64,000 bases of DNA from an uncultured Chitinophaga sp. (GTDB taxonomy: Bacteria; Bacteroidota; Bacteroidia; Chitinophagales; LD1): NCBI GenBank assembly GCA_964615305.1, contig CAZTNA010000007.1, positions 326 through 64,325 on the forward strand, written 5' to 3'. How positions within the stretch are numbered: the stretch's first letter is position 1; the number at the start of each line of letters is the position of its first letter. Of this stretch, positions 48,331 through 59,560 are shown one piece after another. The position numbers and the translations under genes are program-made. The notes under the pieces are model-generated. The model saw only the letters and a list, made by a program, of their open reading frames with translations. It was not told where the DNA came from and searched no databases.

Positions 48331-48999
48331 CTACCCCTGCACTTTTAACTTCTGTCCAATTAAAATGTTGGTGCTTTGCATCTTGTTTATTTTCAGCAAG
48401 GTTTCTATTGTGGTGTTATAGATAAGGGCAATGTGATACATGGTTTGCTTTTTCTCTACCACATGGTAACCATTTTTCGAAATCTTATACATTATTCCAT
48501 TAGGCCCCATATCGGTAGTTTTGTTCTGGTCGTATATAAAGTTATAGGCGGAAGGAACAGGTGCGCCTGTTTTATTGTTATAATCAGCAACAACTACAGC
48601 AACCGGTTCAGCAACTACTGGTTTTATAAATTCAACTTTAGCAACCTCTGACTTTGAAAAATTTGGTTTTTCTACAGCTAATTTTGTAGCCAGCATCACT
48701 TCATCTTTCTTGCTGGTTGTTTTTACTAGAACAGGTTGTACAGCAGGTTTGGTTACATTCTTGATTTCAAACTCTTTATACGGTCGTATTTTCACCATCA
48801 TACCCGGCTTTAAGTCAACATTAATATCAAAGCCGTTGATAGATAAAAACTCAAGTGTGGTACTATTGTAGTGTACCGGAATTGAGTAAACAGTTTCACC
48901 GTTTTCTACCTGGTGCATCAGATAACTCTGACAAATTACTTGTTTGGCAGATAGTGTAAGTATGACGACTAACGCCATAGCTATAAATTGCTTTTTCAT
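48331..48999 (-). CDS. Secreted protein with N- and C-terminal LysM domains
   Basis: LysM-like HQVENGETVYSI and HVVEKKQTMYHIALIY...LKINK. Start at MKKQFIAMALV. Confidence 0.7.
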   Translation of the reverse strand: MKKQFIAMALVVILTLSAKQVICQSYLMHQVENGETVYSIPVHYNSTTLEFLSINGFDINVDLKPGMMVKIRPYKEFEIKNVTKPAVQPVLVKTTSKKDEVMLATKLAVEKPNFSKSEVAKVEFIKPVVAEPVAVVVADYNNKTGAPVPSAYNFIYDQNKTTDMGPNGIMYKISKNGYHVVEKKQTMYHIALIYNTTIETLLKINKMQSTNILIGQKLKVQG

Positions 49000-49118
49000 A
49001 ACATTTAGTTTATTAAACAAAATTCCTTCGGTTCCACACGGTGCGGTTACACCTTATGCGGTTTGCTCTTTAACGTAAACAAGCTCTATTTTGTTACATA
49101 CGCCTTTATATTTGCCTT

Positions 49119-50525
49119 ATGAACTATCACAAAATCAATGCAGAAGACCTTGCTTACCTCAGTAAAATAGTTGGAGAGAGCCATGTGCTGGCCGATGATT
49201 TAACTCTTGCCAAGTACAGTCGCGATGAAACAGATGGCTGCGCTTTTTTCCCGGAAGTAGTGGTTAAACCAAATTCAGCAGATGAAATTTCGGCCATCAT
49301 GAAATATTGTTTTGAGTTGAGCATACCGGTTTCGCCCAGGGCAGCCGGTACCGGTTTAAGCGCTAACAGTTTATGTGTGCATGGTGGGGTAATGCTCAGT
49401 GTAGAAAGAATGAACCGTATCTTGGAAATTGACGAACGTAATTTGCAGGTTGCAGTAGAGCCAGGAATAATTACAGAATCGCTCCAAAACACGCTCCAGG
49501 AAAAGGGGCTTTTTTACCCTGTTGACCCGAGCAGTCGTGGCACTTGTTTTATTGGAGGCAATGTGGCTTGCAATAGTGGTGGACCCAGAGCTGTAAAGTA
49601 TGGAGTGGTAAAAGATTTTGTACTAAACTTAGAAGTAGTGCTGCCAAATGGAACTGTTATGTGGACAGGGGCAAACACTCTGAAAAATTCTACAGGTTAT
49701 AACCTTACCCAGCTTTTTGTAGGTAGTGAAGGCACACTCGGTATTATCACAAAAATAGTGCTGAAGCTACTCCCCTACCCCAAGTTTAACCATGTAATGC
49801 TGGCTCCATTCAAAAGTATGGACGATGCCAGTGCTGCAGTAAGTGCTGTGTTTCGCGCTGGCATTATTCCTAGTTGTATAGAGTTTATGGAACGTGAGGC
49901 TATAGAATATGTCATGAAGTTTCTGGGTGATGTAAGTATTAACCTCGAAAGCAACACACAAGCCACCCTTCTGATAGAAGTTGATGGCAATGACACCGAC
50001 ACCTTACAAAAGGACTGTGAAAAAATTTACGAAGTACTACAACAGTTTGATGCCGGTGATATACTTTTTGCTGATAGCGATGCACAAAAAACCGATTTGT
50101 GGCGGATGAGAAGGAATATTGCTTATGCTGTAAAAAAAACGAACGTTACTGTAGAAGAAGATACTGTTGTGCCCCGAGCAGATTTGCCGGAACTATTGCG
50201 ACACATAAAGGCAGTGGGATCAAAATACAACTTCCGGAGTGTTTGCTACGGGCACGCAGGCGATGGTAACGTGCATGTGCGCATATTAAAAGACCAGCTT
50301 TCTGACGAATACTGGAAAAAAGAAGTACCCAAAGGTATTCGCGAAATTTTTGAAAAGGTGGTGGCCTTAAAAGGTACAATTAGTGGCGAACATGGCATTG
50401 GTTGGTTTCAAGTTCCGTACATGGATATTAAGTTTGCACCCGAACACATCAAACTAATGCAAAGCATAAAAAAAGTGTTTGACCCCAAGCACATCATGAA
50501 CCCCGGAAAACTGTTTGAAGTATAA
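49119..50525 (+). CDS. FAD-linked oxidase (GlcD / D-lactate dehydrogenase family)
   Basis: FAD_binding_4 pattern (PRAAGTGLS) and C-terminal GEHGIG motif. Confidence 0.85.
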   Translation: MNYHKINAEDLAYLSKIVGESHVLADDLTLAKYSRDETDGCAFFPEVVVKPNSADEISAIMKYCFELSIPVSPRAAGTGLSANSLCVHGGVMLSVERMNRILEIDERNLQVAVEPGIITESLQNTLQEKGLFYPVDPSSRGTCFIGGNVACNSGGPRAVKYGVVKDFVLNLEVVLPNGTVMWTGANTLKNSTGYNLTQLFVGSEGTLGIITKIVLKLLPYPKFNHVMLAPFKSMDDASAAVSAVFRAGIIPSCIEFMEREAIEYVMKFLGDVSINLESNTQATLLIEVDGNDTDTLQKDCEKIYEVLQQFDAGDILFADSDAQKTDLWRMRRNIAYAVKKTNVTVEEDTVVPRADLPELLRHIKAVGSKYNFRSVCYGHAGDGNVHVRILKDQLSDEYWKKEVPKGIREIFEKVVALKGTISGEHGIGWFQVPYMDIKFAPEHIKLMQSIKKVFDPKHIMNPGKLFEV

Positions 50526-50533
50526 AAAACGAA

Positions 50534-50592
50534 AAAGACCACTTCAAATCTGAGTAAGCCATATAAAAGGCTTATAGTTTGAAGTAGTCTTT
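50534..50592. terminator. Long compound hairpin between convergent genes
   Basis: AAAGACCACTTCAAA pairs with TTTGAAGTAGTCTTT (1 mismatch), with an inner TAAGCC/GGCTTA stem. Confidence 0.7.
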
Positions 50593-50619
50593 TTACAGTT
50601 ACTTACTTGCCGGTATATT

Positions 50620-52293
<1,674 letters not shown>

Positions 52294-52333
52294 TTAAAAG
52301 TCAGTTTTTATGTCCCTTTTTTGGGTAAGAAAT

Positions 52334-52612
52334 TTAAAGAATAGCGAAGATGTCAGACTCACGCATAATAAGGAGGTCTTCACCGTCCACCTGTATTTCG
52401 GTTCCGGAATATTTACCATAAAGAACGGTATCGCCTGCTTTAACAGTAACAGGTTCGTCTTTTTTACCTGGGCCTGCAGCTACTACAGTTCCGCGTTGTG
52501 GTTTTTCTTTTGCCGAATCAGGGATAATAATTCCGCCAGCTGTTTTGGTTTCTGCTTCAGCAGGTTTTACCAATACTCGGTCAGCCAGGGGTTTGATAGA
52601 TACTTTTGCCAT
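52334..52612 (-). CDS. groS: Co-chaperonin GroES
   Basis: [17 protein letters not shown]... Start chosen at the canonical Met rather than at the ORF-track start. Confidence 0.95.
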   Translation of the reverse strand: MAKVSIKPLADRVLVKPAEAETKTAGGIIIPDSAKEKPQRGTVVAAGPGKKDEPVTVKAGDTVLYGKYSGTEIQVDGEDLLIMRESDIFAIL

Positions 52613-52943
52613 AATGCTGTATAATTTTAGTGAATGAAATTTTACGAGGCGCGAATCTAACAGAGTTTGTGCCATTGCCTAATGCAGGAATTTTTGGCAG
52701 ATTTTTATCAGAACTTATGTCAAAGTGCTGTTCACAGATAGCCATTTTTGCCACTACAACCAACGTTTACACATTCTTCGTTCTCGTCTTTAAATAAGCA
52801 CTATCCACAGTAATGAGTTAAATATTGGGGTGGTATAAACAAGTTAAGAGCACAACTTTGCCATAATAAAAACTACTTGTTCAACGTTATAGGGAAAACA
52901 AGCCAAAACCACAGATTAAATTGTAACCTGAAAACTAACCAAC

Positions 52944-53627
52944 ATGAAACTTTTGCAAATTATTGTTGACTCTTCTTCGGTAGCTAACACGGTAGCTCAG
53001 CAACCACAAACACTTACTCTACTCGATTTAATAATGAAAGGTGGCTGGGTAATGATACCTATAGGCATACTTTCAGTAATAGCAGTTTTTTTAATGATTG
53101 AACGGTTTATTACCATTCAGCGGGCATCTAAAGTAGATACAAGTTTTATGGCCAATATAAAAACCATGTTGCTGGATGGTAAAACAGATACCGCCCTTAG
53201 CTTGTGCCGTAGCACTAATACTCCAATAGCCCGCCTACTCGAAAAAGGAATTAAGCGTTTGGGGAAGCCCATAAAAGAAATAGAAAGTGCTGTAGAGAAC
53301 ACCGGCAAACTCGAGATCTATAAGTTGGAAAAGAACCTTTCGTATCTTGGAATTATTGCCGGCATAGCTCCTATGTTTGGTTTTGTGGGAACTATTAGCG
53401 GAGTAATAAAAATATTCTACAACATTTCATTAGCCGACAACATAAGCATTGGTTTAATAGCCGGTGGCTTGTACGAAAAAATGATAACATCAGCAGCAGG
53501 GTTAATTGTTGGAATTGTAGCCCATATCGGGTTCCACTATCTGAATACCATGATTGATCGTGTAAGTTTTCAATTAGAAAGTACCACCGTAGAATTTATT
53601 GACCTTATTCAGGAACCAACCAAGTAA
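52944..53627 (+). CDS. exbB: MotA/TolQ/ExbB proton channel protein
   Basis: Three TM helices and a conserved C-terminal TM pattern (GLYEKMITSAAGLIVGI). Confidence 0.85.
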   Translation: MKLLQIIVDSSSVANTVAQQPQTLTLLDLIMKGGWVMIPIGILSVIAVFLMIERFITIQRASKVDTSFMANIKTMLLDGKTDTALSLCRSTNTPIARLLEKGIKRLGKPIKEIESAVENTGKLEIYKLEKNLSYLGIIAGIAPMFGFVGTISGVIKIFYNISLADNISIGLIAGGLYEKMITSAAGLIVGIVAHIGFHYLNTMIDRVSFQLESTTVEFIDLIQEPTK

Positions 53628-53630
53628 AAA

Positions 53631-54026
53631 ATGCAGCTGAGAAGAAAATCAAGAATGCAAAGCGAGGTGAGTACATCATCGTTAAGCGACATTATGTTCT
53701 TTCTGATGTTGTTCTTTCTCATTATCTCCACTTTGGTAAACCCATCTGTAATTAAACTGATGCTACCGAAAAGCGATGCCGGAAAAGCAGTGGCTAAGCA
53801 AACGATTACGCTTTCGGTAGATGCTGAAAAGAAGTATTACATAAACAATACCGAAGTGCCTTACGAAAGCATAGAACCTCAATTGGCATCAGAAACTAAT
53901 GCGATGGAAGACGCTACGGTAGTGCTGCGTGCCGATAACACCCTACCGGTACAAACCATAGTTGATTTAATTTCTATAGGTAACAAATTGAAGATTAAAA
54001 TGGTGCTGGCAACCACTAACAAATAG
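53631..54026 (+). CDS. exbD: ExbD/TolR biopolymer transport protein
   Basis: 131 aa with an N-terminal TM after SLSDIMFFLMLFFLI, and a periplasmic domain. Confidence 0.85.
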   Translation: MQLRRKSRMQSEVSTSSLSDIMFFLMLFFLIISTLVNPSVIKLMLPKSDAGKAVAKQTITLSVDAEKKYYINNTEVPYESIEPQLASETNAMEDATVVLRADNTLPVQTIVDLISIGNKLKIKMVLATTNK

Positions 54027-54126
54027 TTCTTGAATGTAAACCGGTGTGCGGAGTTATGGAATATTCCTGTTCATTACATCTTATCAAAGCCAGTTAGTTA
54101 TTTAATAATATCAAAAACCAATTTCC

Positions 54127-55032
54127 GTGTTTGTTCAGAGTTTCGAGTCAGAAGAACGTAGTTTTAAAAACCGCAAAACAAGTTGGGCGGCTTTTATTAC
54201 TCTGTTTTTGCACGGCCTTATACTTTTGTTTTTAATCTTGACTATACTTACCCCCCCAGATCCGCCTTATACCGATAGTGCCGGAGGAGTGGCAGTAAGT
54301 TTCGGTACAGATGATGCCGGAAGCGGAGATGTGCAGCCTATGACACTTACCCCAATAGCTGCTGATTTTAGCCCGGCACCGGCTGCTGCCAGTACACCTT
54401 CATCATCGGCTGCTGAGGATATAGCTACGCAGGATTTAGAAGATGCTCCGGTTATTGAAAAAACAAATACGGAAGCACCTAAACCAAAACCGAATGAGAA
54501 TGCCTTGTTTAAGCCCAATAAAAACAATACTACGAAGGCTGAACCCAACAATTCTAAAGCTACCAACAACACACCACCTGCACCTACAACCAATAGCGAT
54601 GCGTTGTTTACTAAAGGAGCCAAAGGCAACCCTAACAACAGTAAAGGCGATGGCACCGGTGGTGGAAAAGGCGACCAGGGAAAGCCCGATGGAGATCCAA
54701 ATTCAAAAAACTATTTGGGAGATGGAGATGGTAATGGAAGTGGCAGCGGCAAAGGTGACTTACATGGTGGCTTTAGTTTAAAAGGAAGGAATAAAGTAGC
54801 TCTGCCACCACCAACACAGTGCAGTTCGAAAGGGAAAGTAGTAGTAAGCATAAGAGTTGATAGAAACGGCAGAGTTGTGGAAGCTAAACTCAAACGTTTT
54901 GAATCTACCGTGTTTGATGAATGCAATGTAAATAACGCATTAAGCGCAGCCCGAAAATCAACCTTTACACCTGATACAAATGCGCCCGAAATACAGGAAG
55001 GAACTATCACTTACATTTACAAAGTGAATTGA
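54127..55032 (+). CDS. tonB: TonB-family energy transducer
   Basis: GTG start, N-terminal TM, a long P/A/N/G/K low-complexity linker, and a C-terminal TonB-like domain (GKVVVSIRVDRNGRVVEA...). Confidence 0.75.
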   Translation: MFVQSFESEERSFKNRKTSWAAFITLFLHGLILLFLILTILTPPDPPYTDSAGGVAVSFGTDDAGSGDVQPMTLTPIAADFSPAPAAASTPSSSAAEDIATQDLEDAPVIEKTNTEAPKPKPNENALFKPNKNNTTKAEPNNSKATNNTPPAPTTNSDALFTKGAKGNPNNSKGDGTGGGKGDQGKPDGDPNSKNYLGDGDGNGSGSGKGDLHGGFSLKGRNKVALPPPTQCSSKGKVVVSIRVDRNGRVVEAKLKRFESTVFDECNVNNALSAARKSTFTPDTNAPEIQEGTITYIYKVN

Positions 55033-55070
55033 TAAAAAGTTCCACTTTAGCGCTTTAACACAGTTCTGTC

Positions 55071-56363
55071 GTGACCTATCAGCAAGCACTTAAATACCTT
55101 CTTGAGCAGCTCCCCATGTTTCAACGGGTAGGAGCTGCCGCTTACCGCAGCGACCTGACAAATATTGTTCAGTTGTGCAATATTATAGGTAACCCGCAGC
55201 GCGATATCAAGTGCATTCACGTTGCAGGAACTAACGGAAAGGGATCGGTTACACACATATTAGCATCCATTTTGCAGGAAGGGAAAAAGGATGTGGGGGT
55301 ATTTGTTTCGCCACATTACAAAGATTACCGAGAGCGAATAAAGATTAACGGGCAGTTAATAAACAAACAATTTGTTAGCCAGTTTGTTGAGCAATATCAG
55401 GAAGAGTTTAAACGTATTAATGCATCGTTTTTTGAGATTACAACCGCTATGGCATTTGCCTACTTTAAGCATAAAAAAGTTGATTATGCAGTTATCGAAA
55501 CAGGTTTGGGCGGGCGTTTAGATTCTACCAATATAATTAGCCCCATTCTTTCTGTTATCACAAACATTGGGTATGACCATCAACAGTTTCTCGGAAATAC
55601 TCTAGAGAAAATTGCCGGTGAAAAATCAGGAATTATCAAGCAGGGTGTGCCTGTTGTAATCGGAGAAACTCATTTTGCTACCCGTAATGTATTTATTGAC
55701 AAAGCAGAGCAAACAAATTCAAAAATTGCATTTGCCGATTTAGAATATGACCTTGTTAAACATCTTCGTTTTAAAAAAAACACTTTTGAAACATTCAGAA
55801 TTAAAAAACGAGAATCAGGCATCCCTGTGGACTACAACACAGATCTAACTGGTGCTTATCAGGCAAAAAACATTATTACCGCATTGAGCGCCCTCGATAT
55901 GCTCAGCCATATTGGAATAGTTGTACCTGACTATCACAAAACATTAGGGTTAATGTGGGTTAGAAGATCAACCGGATTTGCCGGAAGGTGGATGGTGCTC
56001 AACAAATCGCCTTTAACTGTTTTAGACAGTGCCCACAACGTTGATGGTCTTCGTACATTGAACGAAGAACTGGAGCAACTGAAATTTACACATTTGCATT
56101 TTGTGTATGGTACTGTGAAAGACAAAGACATCAGAAGAGCGCTTTCACTTTTGCCCAAACATGCCACTTACTATTTCTGTAAAGCCAATTTGCCGCGCGG
56201 CTTAGATGCCGGTGAGTTGAAGCAACAAGCTGCTGAGTTTAATTTACACGGTGAAATGTATGAATCGGTAGCTGCGGCATTTGCAGCAGCAAAAAAACAA
56301 GCTCAGAAACCTGATATGATATTAGTAGCGGGTAGTGTGTTTGTTGTCGCTGAAGTGCTTTGA
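55071..56363 (+). CDS. folC: Folylpolyglutamate synthase / dihydrofolate synthase
   Basis: GTG start. TYQQALKYLLEQLPMFQRVG is a conserved FolC N-terminus. P-loop HVAGTNGKGS. Confidence 0.9.
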   Translation: MTYQQALKYLLEQLPMFQRVGAAAYRSDLTNIVQLCNIIGNPQRDIKCIHVAGTNGKGSVTHILASILQEGKKDVGVFVSPHYKDYRERIKINGQLINKQFVSQFVEQYQEEFKRINASFFEITTAMAFAYFKHKKVDYAVIETGLGGRLDSTNIISPILSVITNIGYDHQQFLGNTLEKIAGEKSGIIKQGVPVVIGETHFATRNVFIDKAEQTNSKIAFADLEYDLVKHLRFKKNTFETFRIKKRESGIPVDYNTDLTGAYQAKNIITALSALDMLSHIGIVVPDYHKTLGLMWVRRSTGFAGRWMVLNKSPLTVLDSAHNVDGLRTLNEELEQLKFTHLHFVYGTVKDKDIRRALSLLPKHATYYFCKANLPRGLDAGELKQQAAEFNLHGEMYESVAAAFAAAKKQAQKPDMILVAGSVFVVAEVL

Positions 56364-56421
56364 AGTATGACCAATGGCATGAAGTTAGCGTTGGGCTAAG
56401 CATTTTATATACATAAGTCAA

Positions 56422-58242
56422 TTACCTAACCAACAGCACCATTCCTTTGCGTTCTACTTTCACGCCATCGTTAGCATAAAATTGAATCAGATACCCATAG
56501 CCGCCCTGTTGTGCATCTTTGCCATGATCAGTGCCGTTCCAGCCCAATGTAGGGTCGTTACTTTCAAAAACTTTTCCTCCGTACCTATTATAAATTTGCA
56601 TAGAATATGCTTGCGGCTCACCGTAAATAATGGTTGGTTTAAAAACACTGTTCACACCACCCGGTGCAAACGCATTTGGTATGTAAATAATTGGCCGGTG
56701 AATAATGCACATTTCATTACTAAAACTGGTTAGCGTATCATGAATGTTGGCGGTGGGAAGATTTAAGTCATAAACAGCTTCGATTCGATAACAAAAAATG
56801 CCTTTTTCATCTAAGAACTGTTGTAATGAGTCAGAGAATGCGTTTGTTCCTAAAGGAAATGTTCGTATTAACTGATAACCGTTTCCGTAGTTACGATAAA
56901 GGTTATAGCGTAATATAGTAGCGCCTTCTAACTCAAAATCATTCCAGGTGAGGTTGGCAATGTAGTAATCGAATAATTCTCCTTTAAGGCATATAGTTTT
57001 TACGTATGGAGTCGGAAACTGATTTTGACAACTATCGTAAGCAGTTACCTTGTAAAAATATGGGTTATGCTCGGGTTGTACACCCAACGAATCAACATAA
57101 ATTTCTATAGGGCTAACAGGAACTGGTGCATTTAGCTGCTCTACTTTATCGAAACTAACATTATTACCGCTGCGCTCAAGCATGTAAAACAGTAGCTCAG
57201 CGGTAGGGTCAATTGCCCAAGTTAAAGTTACATGGTTGTCTAAGTCAACAGTGGCGTTTGTAATGTAGTTGTAAGAAGGTGGTTGAACTATGGTGGGTAG
57301 CAGGCAGAGTTGATTGCTGTTAGATACGATGTTAGTGTCAGCAGCACTAACAGCACGCACTATTACACATAGTGAATCTCCATCATTAAAACCTGTGTAT
57401 GCGAAACTAATTGTGCTGCTGTCAACTGCCCCTACATTTACAAATGGTCCTAAGTTAGCGCTAACTAATATTTGGTATTCTTTAACTCCTTGTTGCCAGT
57501 TAATGTATTTGTTCCAGTTAATGTTTAGCTGATTGCTGCATGTGGTTGTAGATGCTGTTGCAAAAATGGTGTTGTGCGGTAGAATATTAAACGAACTGAT
57601 TCTTCCGCAACTGTCAACAGCGGCTACGGTAAAGTATAGCGATTGTGCGTTTGGGTCATTGAATACCCCTGCTATGTCTGTATAAGTGGTATTGTATCTG
57701 CCGTAAACGGTATCAAGTGGTATGGCGTTGCCATTGCCCGGTAAATAATAGTAAACTATATAGGAGTTAGTTTGCGGAGATGCGCTAGGCAGCCAATTAA
57801 AAATTGCATCGTTTCCCGGGGTTACATCCACATTTACAATTTCAGGCGTAACAGGGTTTAAATTGTTTACTGTATCAGATTGTAAAACGGTAGCTCCAGG
57901 ACAATTGTAAACAGCCTCAATATAAAAATACCATGTAGGAGAAGCCGACAGATAACCTGATAGCAGATGCGAATTAGTGCCTTGACCTGTAACTGCAACT
58001 GGGGCATTGTAAGGACCCAAAGGACCTGTTTGAGAAGCGTAAATATTGTATTGAACAAACGCACCACATGGGTTTGTGGGTGGGTTTGTCCAGTATAGCG
58101 TAATGTTGCCATTTACCGCATCGTTCGCCACGCACTGTAAATCAGGGGCAAGAATAGTTTGAGAAAAACTTCTTGTATAAAGAACAAGAAGTAAAAAAAA
58201 CAGTATGAAAAACTTTTGGTTCACGAGTTGATACGGTTGCAA
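56422..58242 (-). CDS. Large secreted protein with gliding-motility-associated (T9SS type B) C-terminal domain
   Basis: C-terminus IYIPNAFAPGGVNSVFKP...IYNRYGGKVFES...GWNGT. Start is TTG at 58242 or GTG at 58224; there is no ATG before the signal peptide. Confidence 0.75.
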   Translation of the reverse strand: MQPYQLVNQKFFILFFLLLVLYTRSFSQTILAPDLQCVANDAVNGNITLYWTNPPTNPCGAFVQYNIYASQTGPLGPYNAPVAVTGQGTNSHLLSGYLSASPTWYFYIEAVYNCPGATVLQSDTVNNLNPVTPEIVNVDVTPGNDAIFNWLPSASPQTNSYIVYYYLPGNGNAIPLDTVYGRYNTTYTDIAGVFNDPNAQSLYFTVAAVDSCGRISSFNILPHNTIFATASTTTCSNQLNINWNKYINWQQGVKEYQILVSANLGPFVNVGAVDSSTISFAYTGFNDGDSLCVIVRAVSAADTNIVSNSNQLCLLPTIVQPPSYNYITNATVDLDNHVTLTWAIDPTAELLFYMLERSGNNVSFDKVEQLNAPVPVSPIEIYVDSLGVQPEHNPYFYKVTAYDSCQNQFPTPYVKTICLKGELFDYYIANLTWNDFELEGATILRYNLYRNYGNGYQLIRTFPLGTNAFSDSLQQFLDEKGIFCYRIEAVYDLNLPTANIHDTLTSFSNEMCIIHRPIIYIPNAFAPGGVNSVFKPTIIYGEPQAYSMQIYNRYGGKVFESNDPTLGWNGTDHGKDAQQGGYGYLIQFYANDGVKVERKGMVLLVR

Positions 58243-58283
58243 GTATAAGAGTAAAGCTCAAACGGTTTAGTTGCAAGTTTATT

Positions 58284-59555
58284 TTATCCTACTGTAACCT
58301 TATACATCTTTTCATAATCAAAATACCTGTTTGCCAGTTGTAAAAGTTCTTCGGAATTTACCTCACGAACGGTTTTTAGAAGTTGCTGAATGTATTCAGG
58401 TGTTTGGTTGTAAATAAGCAACCCTTTCAGCGTATCAGAAAATTTCATTGGGCCATCTATACTCCGTAGAATTTTTCCGCTCATATAATTTTTAACTACT
58501 TGTAGTTCTTCATAGCCAACCAACTCGGTGCGAAGCAGGGTAATCTCATGCTTAATTTCATTCAAAGTAGCTTCGCGCACATCTTTACCTACTTCACTGG
58601 CAATTTCAAGAAAACCACCATGCGGATACGAAGCAAATGATGAGTAAATGCCGTAGGTATAGCCTTTTTCTTCGCGAATATTGCTCATTAATCGAGACCC
58701 AAAGTAACCGCCAAATACCGTGTTAAGAACAGATAATTTCAGAAAATCGGGATGGGTTTTGTTGATGGTAAGGTTACCCAACACAACTGCACTTTGCACC
58801 GAATCTGCTTTTTCGGTATGTAGCACTAAATCTTTTTCTGATTCTATTTTATGAACAATATCTGTTTCTGCTTTTTCTCCCAAAAAATCATTACAACCGA
58901 AAAAGTTGTTTAATGTTTTTAGAAGTTGGGTATCAAACTTACCCGCCACAATTAAGGTCAGGTTGTTTGCGTTGTAATACCTATTGTAGAATGCCTTTAA
59001 ATCATCTGTCGTAATTTTTTCGAAATGTTCGAACTCAGTAACCCTTCCATACGGATGGTTTTTGCCATACAGTGCATTTACAAACTGGCGGTTAGCAATA
59101 AAATCATTTTTCTGCAACTCAACAGTAAAACGTTGCTTACGGTTCGAAAGAATAGTTTTCAGTTCTTCTTCCGGAAAAACAGAATCACGAAATATTTCGA
59201 AGAAAAGCGGAATTAAGGTCTCGGCATGCTTACTTAAACTGTAAAGTGATGAACTGCCGTTTTCGAATCCTGCAGATGTGTGAAAATTAGCCCCGTAATA
59301 ATCGAATGCGTCAGCAATCTGTTTGGAACTTTTGGTTTTTGTTCCTTCGCGCAACATGCGGTTGGTAAGATCGGCAACAAGGTTCTTTTTCTCGAACCAT
59401 TTGCCTGATTTAAACATCAATTCAATTTTTACCACTTCTTGGTCTCCGCTGTTTAGTACATAAACTGGAACTCCGTTATCAAGTGTCAGTTTCTCTACCG
59501 TGGGTAAATCAATTTTTTCAATAAGATTTATTGAGGGGGCTAGTGTTCTGTTCAT
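58284..59555 (-). CDS. M16-family peptidase, non-catalytic-type subunit
   Basis: M16 fold pattern without the HxxEH motif. Paired with the upstream M16 gene. Confidence 0.8.
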   Translation of the reverse strand: MNRTLAPSINLIEKIDLPTVEKLTLDNGVPVYVLNSGDQEVVKIELMFKSGKWFEKKNLVADLTNRMLREGTKTKSSKQIADAFDYYGANFHTSAGFENGSSSLYSLSKHAETLIPLFFEIFRDSVFPEEELKTILSNRKQRFTVELQKNDFIANRQFVNALYGKNHPYGRVTEFEHFEKITTDDLKAFYNRYYNANNLTLIVAGKFDTQLLKTLNNFFGCNDFLGEKAETDIVHKIESEKDLVLHTEKADSVQSAVVLGNLTINKTHPDFLKLSVLNTVFGGYFGSRLMSNIREEKGYTYGIYSSFASYPHGGFLEIASEVGKDVREATLNEIKHEITLLRTELVGYEELQVVKNYMSGKILRSIDGPMKFSDTLKGLLIYNQTPEYIQQLLKTVREVNSEELLQLANRYFDYEKMYKVTVG

Positions 59556-59560
59556 TAATA

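Noticed and set aside
52613-52800. CIRCE (HrcA) operator upstream of groES
   Set aside because: No TTAGCACTC-N9-GAGTGCTAA-like inverted repeat is visible, only an AT-rich promoter region.
54267-55010. Three overlapping ORFs (129, 112 and 99 aa) within or antisense to the tonB-like gene
   Set aside because: They arise from the repetitive P/A/G/N/K-coding linker. They have no independent signals and low-complexity translations.
52944-55032. MotA/ExbB-like and ExbD-like genes considered as a Zorya-type defence module
   Set aside because: The proteins are small canonical ExbB (227 aa) and ExbD (131 aa), followed directly by a TonB-like gene. There are no large ZorA-like tail or nuclease genes.
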